A stretch of 63,638 bases of DNA, counting the filler, from Dicyema japonicum (taxonomy: Eukaryota; Animalia; Dicyemida), in NCBI GenBank assembly GCA_011109175.1. It is 12 parts of 12 records of this genome, joined end to end, with 100 filler letters (N's around TTAATTAATTAA, not from the genome) between each part and the next. Parts side by side here need not be neighbours in the genome. Positions count along the whole stretch, not along the records: positions 24,560 to 26,223 come from RDEW01000040.1; positions 26,324 to 31,086 come from RDEW01000101.1; positions 31,187 to 35,156 come from RDEW01000183.1; positions 35,257 to 39,250 come from RDEW01000231.1; 8 more parts are not named here. The stretch is one strand, 5' to 3'. A program made the translations under genes and the position numbers. Below the pieces are notes generated by a model. That model was not told where the DNA came from, ran no database searches, and saw only the letters and a program-made list of their open reading frames with translations. Positions 24,560-36,291 of this stretch are shown here, one piece after another; the stretch's first letter is position 1, and each line of letters opens with the position of its first letter.

Positions 24560-25460
24560 AAGACTAAAAAGATTTCGTTTTCTCAAAAAATGTAGAAATT
24601 TCGTAAATTCGGGAGGTACTATTAGATCTAATGATAGGTGTGCTATATTATAAACAATCTGATGAAAACAAAATATTGGTAATTGCCTCAAATGATTTTG
24701 AATCCATGAAACTGCATTGTGAAAAGATTCATTCAATTTATCACTATGGATTTAATAAAATGGAAGAGTATTGCAAAAATAATTTTTGCATAATCAATCG
24801 AAACATAATTAGAGATGTAATATCATCATGCCACAAATGTCAGCGAAGTCAGCCCTTAAAGACAAAAAATCCACTAGTCAACATAGTAGCCAAGAATTTA
24901 AAAGTCATTATGTAAAGAATTTAAAATAATTCATAAAAGGGGACGTCCAAGACATCCAGAATCACAGGGACAAGTGGAGCGTTGCAATCAAACCATTTGC
25001 AGATGGATTCAAAAAGAACTCACAGACAAACAGAAAAAATGGGTGTATGTTTTAGAAAAAATTGTATATCAGTACAATATTTCAATTCATTCTTCTATAA
25101 ATATGTCACCATTTATGGCTTTTTTCCGAACAAGAGGATATAACATTTCTTATTTTAATGATGATGAATTAATTGAAGAACATGAAAATCAAACTATAAT
25201 AAATAACAAATATCTTGAAAGAATGGAAAGAAATTCTTCAAAAACATTGAAAGAAATTGCAATTGGAAATAATGTTTTGCTGAAAAAAGATTTTGATACA
25301 AATCAAAGGACGAAGAAGCGAAAATTAGAATCTTTTTATTAACAAATCTTTACTACTGAAGATTTAATTTCAAATAATAGAGTTAAAATAAAAGATCAAG
25401 ATGGAAATAAAAAAATAGTATTTAAATCACAAGTAAAAAAAATTTAGACAGGTAAAAATT
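24560..25460 (+). pseudogene. Second Ginger/Gypsy-type integrase with internal deletion
   Basis: HHCC zinc domain (IHSIYHYGFNKM..VISSCHKC), then GRPRHPESQGQVERCNQT..YNISIHSSINMSPF and a basic C-terminus; the D..D core segment is missing near 24890-24935. Confidence 0.75.
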
Positions 25461-25896
25461 TCAGGTTAAAATATTTTTAATTTTTTGGTAATTTTGAAAT
25501 GGCTAACCATTATTTAAATAAATTGTTAATCTTTCAAACGATAATAATAAAAAATTGATTTCTCGGTTTTATTCCTCAATTTTATTCCTGTTTTCATCAA
25601 AAGATTGCTAATTTTATTTTCGAGGTTTTCTGTGGTTTTCTCAAGGTCTCAGCGTTTCACTTTAGGCACGCGTTTCATCCATTGCGCGCGACANNNNNNN
25701 NNNNNNNNNNNNNNNNNNNNNNNNNNNNNNNNNNNNNNNNNNNNNNNNNNNNNNNNNNNNNNNNNNNNNNNNNNNNCATGAATCAAAATTAAAGCTATTA
25801 TCATATTTGACCTTGACAGAGTGTGCAGTTAAGATGCAATTAAAAGATTGCACGACCTTGAATATAACCACATTAGCACAATTATTAACACAATTG

Positions 25897-26223
25897 ACCA
25901 CCAATTGACAGCGCAATTAGAAGAATTTTCGTAGAAATATTAACTATTTATTCAAGTTTTTCGTAAAGAGTGAATTTATTTTCGGTATGCCTTTCTTATT
26001 ATTCAAGTTTTCGGTATTCCTCTCTTATTATTCAATTTCCTAATCTTTTTTTATTATTCAAAAATGTTAAACTCTGAGAAATTTAACTAAGAGGTCATGA
26101 TGGCGTTCAAAAATAATTTTTTCTATAGATAACCGAAGGAGGGAAAACGAAGCTGAAGAAAAGAAAGCTCAGCTTAAGGTAATTAATTTAAACTGTTTAT
26201 TCTTAACTTGACATGCTGTTGCC
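25897..26223 (+). repeat. Second copy of the 10508-10845 dispersed repeat
   Basis: GACCACCAATTGACAGCG.AATTAGAAGAATTTTCGTAGAAATATTAACTATTTA ... GAAAGCTCAGC.TAAGGTAATTAATT shared. Confidence 0.85.
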
Positions 26224-26323
26224 NNNNNNNNNNNNNNNNNNNNNNNNNNNNNNNNNNNNNNNNNNNNTTAATTAATTAANNNNNNNNNNNNNNNNNNNNN
26301 NNNNNNNNNNNNNNNNNNNNNNN

Positions 26324-26396
26324 AATATATGGGTTCCGTAAGCCAAAATAAAATGTCGTTAGGTGGTGCGCGCTCTCTAAAAGGTTGGAACCACTG
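26324..26396. mobile_element. hAT (Charlie/Buster-type) right end
   Basis: AAGGTTGGAACCACTG (reverse complement CAGTGGTTCCAACC) followed by TATTTAGA. Confidence 0.5.
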
Positions 26397-27094
26397 TATT
26401 TAGAGTGTCAAAACCAAATTTACTCCATTTGGAGATAATATTTATTAAACGAAAAGATTTCCGGTATTCGTTAAGGTGAAAAGAACTGCTTCAATCAGCT
26501 CTTTGACAAGGGGACGGAGGAAAGTAATTGTAGAAATCTGATGAGTTTGCAAATCAATCCCGACAGGGAATGTTAGGGAGTCTTGTTTCAAAATAAATCA
26601 TCGAAAATATATATTTAAAAAAAATGATTATGATTTCATAGAAACGCCATAGTTTTGGAGTAACCCATGTTTTTTCTTAGGATCTTGCAGTTTTTAGAAA
26701 GTAGGTAAAATTGGAAGGTACAAACAATTTTTCATCATCAAAAGTCCAATTTGGCATGTAGCCATTAATTGAAATTTAAGTAGTAATTATACTCTTATTT
26801 GATTAAAAGTGACAACAATTAATAGATTTTAAATTTATTCCATCTGAAAAATTGCTGTACATCAAATTGGAATGGAGGTTACTAAATTGCACATTCCCAT
26901 TATAAACGCAGTGTTCCTTCAGAATTTGGACCAAAATTGAGGATAATTCAAAGGCCGTTCGGTTCAGAAGCGTACATCGAATAACCCGGATTATGGTAGT
27001 CTGAAAATGTTATACGTTTATTTCTACCCATGAATACAAATTTTTCGAATTTTTGTTCACTTGGTGCATATTTTATGTTATAGTTCAAATTGTT

Positions 27095-27926
27095 GTTATT
27101 AAATTATTCTTTTTCTCTTTTGATCTTTTGTTTGGTACAAATCTTGATTAAAATCAAAATAAATCTAACTTGAATTACTCTAATGTTCCAGGTTTGTGTC
27201 CTTGGATAGTTGTTCTCTCACATGCGTGACGGTTTTGTTGTTTACAGAAAAAAGCTATTCAAAAGAATTCTGAGCTGTTCAGGACGAATAGATGTTCTGG
27301 GCCTCGTTTTTACAAATTCCGGTTCCCCTATTTTGACTTTGTCTTCGTTATCATTTGTTTCAGATTCATGTCAGAATTAACAGACTTGTAATCAAAAACA
27401 GGCGAGGACTCCGCAGAACTATTCCGGGATGGTTCGTACATAGTCATCATTTTTCTTATTTTCAGCTAAATCTGTAAATCAGAACTAAGATAAAACATGA
27501 ATATTTTTTATAATCTTCCACGCAGAAAGAGTATGCTGCGATTAATATTAAGTAGAAACAATCTCCGACCTCTAGTTGCTTCTGCAGCCGTGACATTTAA
27601 GCATTCAATGTGATACATGAAGGAATTCACCATTAGAACGTATGTATTTTCTTCAATTATACAACAAAACATATTGGACAATTTCATAAATTCTGATAAA
27701 TAAACTTAAAATGATATTTACCTTGAGTAGTCGTTGAAACAGTAGATAATCCATTTTTCCAATAACAAGTATCACGAAGAATTGAACTACATTCTGAACA
27801 CTGAATACAGTTTCTCATGCCAAAAGGATTGCATCAGAATGCAATGAGATTCGTTTTTATTTATCACCTTTGCAACATTTTTTTGCATATTTTTTCGCCT
27901 TCCATTAGTTCAAATTTTCTAAACAT
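27095..27926 (-). pseudogene. LIM-homeobox (Lhx1/5 or Lhx3/4-like) gene copy with frameshifts and stops
   Basis: LIM1 CKKC..FWHE.CIQCSECSSILRDTCYWKNG..YCFNDY; LIM2 YHIEC.KCHGC.KQLEVGD..FCVEDY; homeodomain RPRTSIRPEQL..KPSR.VREQLSKDTNL.IRVIQ|I.YQNKRSKEKR. Introns at 27693-27721, 27472-27496 and 27143-27169. Confidence 0.85.
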
Positions 27927-30900
27927 GCCTTAGAAATATATTTAATTTTAGCGTAAATTAAAAAAATATACACTTGATATATGTCTAACTGTGAACGACA
28001 TATCTTCACAGGTGGGTACGCAAACAGCGGTTGGTTAAAGTTTTTTTGACCTACTCTAACATATGTTCATATACCAGTAAATACTGCCAACGATTAATAT
28101 AAATGCATTAAAGTTTACATAATTGATTAGAAATAATATTAGCTTTTCATATAAAATACGATCATTAAATATTTTATAATGAAAGTACTGTTTACCATAT
28201 AATTTAAGTAACACTCAAATACAAACAAAAAATAACTAAGTGACAGCAATTGAAACAAAGACTCAGTATGGGCAACATAAGTCAGTCGTTTAATGATATA
28301 TAGCTGTTTTATGACATTTCGATAAATACCCCACACTGGGACTTTATTTAGAACAGCTCAAAAAAATATTTAAATACATTCAGATCAATACAAATGTATT
28401 TTGAGACTTTGAAACGTATAAATTTGCACAAATTCGTATGTTTATTATATTATTCAGTCAACTTTACTACATGCTGTTACCCGTGTCAATACACTTAAGA
28501 AAAACATTGTTTGAATGACACTTCTATTATATAGGCTACCGTCGCTTCTCGCATAAGTTTATTATTTGCCAGACAATATTAATTTGATTATACTTTAAAT
28601 ACCTCCTTCACAAGCCAAGTTGTTTGGCGTATACATATGTTTATATAGTTTTCAATCATTGACGGTCAAAGCGCGTTTATCGACGTGTACTGCTCTAAAA
28701 TGATTACAAATAATGCTAAATTAAAATGCAACTATCATGTTTTAACAGCTTAATTTATTTTTTTAAACTGTTGTCTCCAACTCTATATTTTAAAAATAAA
28801 TTTCACCAAATTAGTAATATGTTCTATCTAATAAAGAGAATTTGAAAATAAAAACAACGTTTGTTATAATTAGAAAATCTGATGTTAATATCAATTATTG
28901 CAACGATATAAGATCCTAAATCGTCAGATTCTAAATTCTTTTTAAAATTCAGATATTTTAATCAAGACTCAAATTTATTAACCTCATAATTGATTGATGT
29001 TTTTACTAAACTATTTTTACTTTACAAATCATTAAATCGATCCACTGTCTGACATGTTTATAGACTCTAATAATTAGGTATTTTGACGAAATTGGGTAGA
29101 ACTAATCTAAGTAATAATTCAATTATATGTGTTTCCAAACGTTTCCATATTATAGGGTTTGTCGGCAAACTATTTGGAGTTTCCATTGTCAACATTATTT
29201 TACTTTTGAAGAAAATGTATTATTTTTAGGATCTAGCAATAATACTAAAAATAGAAATTATTAAATATCATTAATTTGGAAATCTAATTTTATACATACT
29301 GAGCAGTTAATCATGTACTTAGTCGTCCAAAGAGAAGTTCTCGATGGATGGCTATTTTGTAGCAAAATTGAAGCTAGAAATTATAATATAAAATTAAAGT
29401 CTATAGACCATCTGGACGATGTTTTTTTGAAATGTATTATAAAAATCTTTTGTACAATGTCGAGACATATTTTTTAGCAATTTCGTTGTGAATAAATTGA
29501 TATTTATTAGATAAATCGACAGAAAATAACTAATAATGCTCTCAATTCTACCTTTTGTAATTAGGACATGCTGTTAAATATAAAAATTTTATAATTGTGA
29601 AAAGAGAACAGTGATGAATGATTATTACGAAAAAGAGAAAACGCAGCACAAAACAGAAGTCTTTTGTGAAACCTTTGACTTTGAAGATAGAAAAATTGAG
29701 TATAATATTTAATGTGTTTATACAAACTGAAATATGAGTTTCTAGCAATTAAAAAAATATAAAAATTACAAGTAAGGTAATCTATAAAATCATAATTTTC
29801 AAATATAAGTGTATTTAATTAAACTATCCAAATTACTGGACGATTGAACTTAAATTTAATGAACTAATAAATTTAGCATAAAGAAGAGAAGCTAAACTTA
29901 GAGAATTAGAACAACGAAATTAATCCTCAAAAACCGAAACAATAACTAGTTATTATTCTGTTCATTTTTAGAATCTTCAAAAGAAATTCCAAAGCTACTA
30001 AAATGTTTCGAAAAGCTTGACTTGATCTTTTCGGGATTATCAACACTGGAACGAAAAGGTGGAATATATGTCGAATTATCCGTACGTCGAAAGTCTATTT
30101 TATATTAAGAGAAAAGTATTACCTATAGCAAAAGGATTAAAATGCTCGCCCATACTTATAAATGTCTGTAAATTCAAAAGGTTTATCTTTCAAGTTCATT
30201 TATATATCAATTTTTGTGCGGATATTATTTAAGAGAATTTCGAAAGGTACTTGATCGTATGTTTATAAAACAATTATAATTTTTTCGATCCTAGATCAAT
30301 TTTTCTTGCTGAACCAAAATTGATACAAAAAATAGAGCCAGCAAAATAAACTAGAAGTACAGGTAAACTTTCCAGGCACCTGAAATCTAATTGATATTGT
30401 CTGAGCACCATTGATAAAAAAAATACGTTAACTTTTAAAAACTCAAAGTTCGAAATTTTTAGACAGCATGATAATTTTACATTAATAGTAAAGGAACCTT
30501 TGCTATAGACAGTTTTTAATAAACAAGTATCGATGAAAACGCTACTGAGAAAAATGATAAAGAGCGATCTTCTGAATGCGAAAATGGTGTTGTCAAACGA
30601 CTTTGTTTAAGAAATTTCTTATTTAATTAAAGGGATGCTTTAAAAATATAATTTAAGTGATTTTCCAGTCCAATGAGTTGATAATGGGTTCTCCGCCAAC
30701 TATCAATAATTCGACCAATTGAATTTTGAAGATCTCTTTGAGACTGAGATTTGACCAATTGAATTACGTAATTTATTTTTAGTGTTTTTGAAGGCTGCTA
30801 ATGCAATCAGCCTTTTTTTACACAGAGTTTTCAAAGAATATATCAGAAATTGAAATTTTTAATATTTGGGCGTTTACGTACTGATACCACCCATCTATAA

Positions 30901-33900
30901 ATTGCTATCTCGTCTAGCATTGTTCAAATTTCCTTTTTCCAAAATTCATTTCTTCATATTTGGATACTCATCTTTAAGATCAACAATGATCTAACTTTGT
31001 TGTGAAACATATTTGTTAAGATCAGGACAAACTATTCTGATAATCTTGAACCAAGACAAGCTACGGTCAAGGATAAGAAATTAATTNNNNNNNNNNNNNN
31101 NNNNNNNNNNNNNNNNNNNNNNNNNNNNNNTTAATTAATTAANNNNNNNNNNNNNNNNNNNNNNNNNNNNNNNNNNNNNNNNNNNNATATCTAACAATTT
31201 TATTAAAGTTTAGTTGTATTATTTGTCTTATTTTGGGTGGCGAACATTGAAATGACAATAAACTTATTCATAATTAATTTATTCAAATGCTGACCTTTAT
31301 TTTCTTTGTCTTTTCAGTCATTTTGGGAGCTAACTGTGATTTCGCGAACTCGGAGATGATAGCTGTAATTATAAGAATAATATTTCGTCGTCCCTTAGAA
31401 CTATGACCCTAGGTGCTATTACATCGTTTGAATCCGATTTCACCAAATTCGATCAGCACACTCAACTCAAAACTTTGTAGATAACTTATTAATTGTCTCT
31501 AGAACTTGTTCAACGGAGAATTTGATTAAACTTACAAATATCAGTTTTGGGAATGACGGTAACTTTATTCCACTGGAAACATTGTGAGCGCATGACTATA
31601 ATTTTTGAAGGGATTTGAAAGAGTGCAGTAGTCTCGTCTACATCCATGTGGACACTGTGAAAAATCTCGAATCGTTAGCAACCGTGTATGATGACACATT
31701 AATCACTAATAGGACTATGCCGGCGAGCAAATACTTCGGTCCATTCACATATAATCCTGATTCAATTACTGTTAAGTTGTTTTTATAGTCACATTTTCAT
31801 CTCTTAGATTTCAGAAATCAAATGTATTTTGTTCATACCTGATCGGCGAGCAAAAAGCGTATTGTGTGGGTTGACTTATTATAGTTTGAAGCCAGAAGCA
31901 GATGATTTTTCGGCACAAGTCAAAACGTATTATTTTGGGAAAATCGTTTAGCGAATTTTTCGAAATAAAATTTACTAAAACTGCAAAGTTGCATTTTGAA
32001 GACGATGAAGTAAATAGTATTCAATATTATATCCACCACCATAGAGTGCAGTGAATATTGTACAGATGAAACCAATGTTCTGTGCAATTAATTAATAACT
32101 AATGAATTAGTAATTGGATTCACTTTCCTGGTTTAATAATCATTTCCTTGTTCAATTTTCATTAATTATCCGAGTCGAGCAAGCATTGACGAGTGATTGG
32201 ACAAATATTCCAGCATATTTGGGTTATCAATGCATTGTTAGAGAATTCCTCTGAATAGAAACACCATTTTTTAATAAAAAGCAAAATTAATCGAAAAGAA
32301 ATTTCAATGGTTCGTTCTCAATCTTTTGATAGTGCGAGGAGATTTCAGTGAGGGAGACATCGTCAGTCAGCCCGTAGTGACTCATGAGTGTATTGGACAA
32401 CTAGAGTACACTCAACCAGACGAGAACCATAACCACAGTGTACAAACAGCTCATCCTCGCACGGAATCGGACGGCTTTACAGCAACAAGGGCCTTGGCTC
32501 TCAACTCTGGTCGTCCCCTTAGATTACAGCCACATTACAGAATGTATGTCAGACTGCCCAACCAAGCCAACATCAATTCGAGGATAACTCAACTCGACTC
32601 TGGTCATTGTTAAACCCTCTCATGCACGCCCTGCATTGACAGAGGGACCAAACCACTCGACGGCATACACAAAGTTGCCAGAAAGTGGTAGGACAGGTCT
32701 GAGCAATGTTGAGAGAAGACAAGCATAAGGCAAGTGACAACCCCAGCCTAATCTGAGTTGTCCTAATAGTTCTGCCTATTCCCACAAAAGACGGTCCTCA
32801 ACTCCTCAAAATGGGGCTTCTGAATATCCTGCTCCGGAGGATAGCACTCTTGAATAACTTAGATGAGTCGAGTTTCCACTGTTGGCAACCCCAAATGCCC
32901 CCTCCAAGTCTGCTGGCGGCTTACTCGTGAGAATTGGGAAACCAAATTATTGTACAAATGGAGTACAAGTGGAGGAAATGTACGAGATTTCACAAATCGT
33001 GTCCCCCACCGGCCAACTGCACGTCCACCAATCCCACCCAAATAGAGTATTCCACAGTCAGTACTCCCAGGAGATCAACAATGACCTCAATTCGACTGCC
33101 TCCTTCTTGAACATGGACACTTGAATACTCCCGCCCTCCCCCATTCAGAGTTTCATCAAACACAACCCACTGTCATCTCGGGCTTCGGCCGCAAGTTCCA
33201 GTCCAAGTTAGACCTCCAGTTGTTACTCAAGTCTCAGCATGTTTGACCAATTCAGTGTCCTAGAGTGTGCGGAGAGTGCCTGCATGACAGATTGTGAGGA
33301 CATCCAACCTCCTACTCCAATTTCTGTATAAAAGAATAACCAACAAGCCATTATTTCAGGTGGTGACCTTGTTCGACTGTCTCCTTAAACTGTTTTCATT
33401 CGTCAGGTCGGTCATGCCCAGTGGGACTGACTTGGCTTCACTAAATTGACTAAACATTCCAGTCCTTCCATTCGTCATGGGGCCAATGATTGGCACTCAG
33501 CCTCTCTACTCACTCGTCGTCCAACAGTTGATTCATTATTACGCAGGGACTGTCCTCAGTCGACCCAAGGAGGCCAACCAATCAGACAATGTGCCCACCA
33601 TTCATTCACTCCTCTAGTTCTATACTTATTCCTGGGTGGCCGGCAATGGCTCCCGTCCAGTCTGCCTAAGAGGAGTCCTCTCTTTTACTCCCCCGCTGTC
33701 TCCCCTGCCTTTGGAGAGGGAGGAGTCGACTTTGATTCCCCAAAGACCACTGCTGACTTGATTGACAATTATTCGTCCTGGACTGTCAGTAATGTCTGTC
33801 TTCGGCCTCCACTGGCCTCTATCAGGCACTCGTTCTGTTCTCTGGATTCGGCATTGTTGGGTTGTCTCTCCTTGCCAGTCTGGGCTATACACACAACTCG

Positions 33901-34257
33901 AGGATCAGGATATATTTCGATAGTATCCTGTTCTGACTTAATCATTCTGTTCTTTGATGGTAAACTAAATCTAACAATTCAAACTCTGTACTAAGGAAGA
34001 GCACATTAGAGGAGACAGCGATCACCACAAGGAGATAAAGATATTTCCCTCCATTAAAATTAAGAATGTATTGTATATTAAAAAAATGATTAATACTATT
34101 ATATAATGATGCAAATCGAGATCGTTTTAGAGGGTTTTGGATATTACTTTTTTAGAGAAAAAAATTTGTTGGACGATCTCCTGTTGGGCCTTTTCTTCAA
34201 ATTGTGGAGAGAATGCGGAATGTGCCTGCGACCGACCCGCGGAGTGTTCATTCCTAT

Positions 34258-35156
34258 TCATAGAAATGACCTCATTGTCATCCCCAGGTCATTGAGGATG
34301 TCTTTGGCCCGGAGTTCTGTCTCAGTGACTGAAGGACGGTCAAAGTCGGGATAAAGTAACTTTTTCTGAGGCGAATGGTGAGGAATCTGTGACTCTATCC
34401 ACTCAAACTGGCATATTCGGTCAACCCCCGGTCTGGTGCGTGGATCTGGTTGGAGGAGTGCGGAGAGGACTGTTTGCACGTCTGAGTGATATCGAGGTGA
34501 ATGTGGAGGCCGTGGGGTGGCGGCAGTGACAATGTCAGTCTCCTCTGGAAGATGAAGGCCCCAGTATCATATAGTAAGGAGCACTCCCAACGCCCACACG
34601 TCCACCTTGAATCCGTCATATGGTCTTTTCATGAGCAACTCTGGGGCGGAATAGGCGAGAGTGCCGCAGATGACAGTGAGGAGACAGTGCGGGCTATATT
34701 TAGTGGCAAAACCCAAAGTCGGCCAGTTTGAGGACATTGTCTCGAGGAGTATATTGTCTGCTTTGATGTCCCTGTGAGCATACTCCTGAGAGTGCTGCCA
34801 CATTACTCGACAGTGCTCACCACGTACTGGACTGCGCCCACACTTGTCGGAAGTAGGGCAGACACCACCTTCCCCCAGACCCCCCGACCTTCTCGATGAG
34901 TCCGTCCAATCTCCGTTGGGGGCATATTCCATTTATCATGTGCAGTTTGTCCGTCGTCTCGATTACCTGCGGAGGGCACTCACATTACTTCGAATAGACT
35001 CAGAATATCGGGTGACTCAGGTCCTCCAAGTCTGGATTTCCTTCCTCAGAAACTCCAATTCCTCCTCTTTCTGTTTCCGTTTTAATATTATTTTCACGGC
35101 CACCAAGTCTACGTGTTGTCGGGGACTCACTTTTGGTCAGCACGTGCTGTGCCATT
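34258..35156 (-). pseudogene. MARK/PAR-1-like (AMPK-related) Ser/Thr kinase, unprocessed pseudogene
   Basis: AQHVLTK|NLVAVKII, MEYAPNG, YFRQ, AHRDIKADNILL, LADFGFA, CGTLAYSAPEL, YDGFKVDVWALGV. 22-nt introns at 35109-35130 and 34967-34988; several 1-nt frameshifts. Confidence 0.85.
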
Positions 35157-35967
35157 NNNNNNNNNNNNNNNNNNNNNNNNNNNNNNNNNNNNNNNNNNNN
35201 TTAATTAATTAANNNNNNNNNNNNNNNNNNNNNNNNNNNNNNNNNNNNNNNNNNNNTTTGGTTGAGGTGGTGACGTCCCTCTATAGCACATATGTCTAAC
35301 ACGTATTTGAATAATCCTTTCTGGTTTTTCTACCCTTACCTTCAATGCCAGGGGCCTTAATGACTGGTCGAAGAGGCACCAACTATGTTTTGGACCTTGC
35401 AAAATATGGATGCTCTGTTTGGTGTCTCCAAGAGACGAAGCTCAGAAAAGGACTCGATGAAAACCTTGGAGACTACAGACTAATCCTCCTTCCATCGGAC
35501 TGTAAACACTATGGACAGGGTTTCGCTGTTCACAAGAATTTGCTCCCCAGATTACATCGATATTGGAAAATTGATGACAGGATATGTGTTATTCAATTTC
35601 TTATTGGACCCAAGGGAAGTCCAGGCAATTAATTTCCATTGTGAACGTGTATGCCCCACATAGTGGGCCGTGTTCCAAAAACCCAGAGGAATTGGACGTT
35701 TTCTATGAAGAACTTGTCGAGGTCGTATCTTCTCTGAAGTTTTCATCGTTCCTCTTTATCGCTGGTGATTGGAATGCTAAAGCTGGGGTACATCAAGGAC
35801 ACGAACGTTTTATTGGACCACATGGAAGGGGGATCAGGAATAATAATAATAAAGCCTTTTCACGAGAGCCATAGTATTTTATAGCTCCGCATAGGAAGGA
35901 CACACACTTTATTTAAGTAAAGAACAGTTAATTTTAACTAATCGTAGAACCAAGGAATGATCTTCAC

Positions 35968-36146
35968 TTCTTTTTTTTTCTTTTTCTTTTGTGGAGTGTC
36001 CTTTCTAGACAAATCCAGTTCCGCAGTGAGTATTCACTGATGACGGCGTCACTCGTCAAACCATTTCTGCATCGTAGATGCGTGGAACCTTCCACCAGGT
36101 GAACAGCAGCGAGATTCGAACCCGTAGCCTAAGCCACCCGGCCACC
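35968..36146 (-). mobile_element. tRNA-derived SINE, copy 2, inserted in the RTE APE domain
   Basis: A-box TGGCCGGGTGG, B-box GGTTCGAATCT with T-stem CGGG/CTCG, shared core, A-rich tail. Confidence 0.7.
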
Positions 36147-36291
36147 GGAAATCTGATAAGGATTTATAATCAGATCGATTATATTCTGTGTCGAGTAAAA
36201 GACAAATCTCTCTTACGGGACTCGAGATCTTATGGAGGACTAACTGTTAACAGTGATCACAAAATTGTGTCAGCAAGATTCAGCTTAAGAC

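Noticed and set aside
27960-31086. AT-rich stretch with short ORFs and scattered GT-AG candidates
   Set aside because: No recognisable motif or frame-restoring intron set; left unannotated.
31560-31920. Possible PR/SET (PRDM)-like remnant (TMPASKYFGPF)
   Set aside because: Single short motif; no consistent exon model.
36030-36070. CTGATGA-stem-CAAAC resembling a hammerhead ribozyme on the SINE antisense strand
   Set aside because: Lacks the required GAAA after stem II, and the core is not conserved in the second SINE copy.
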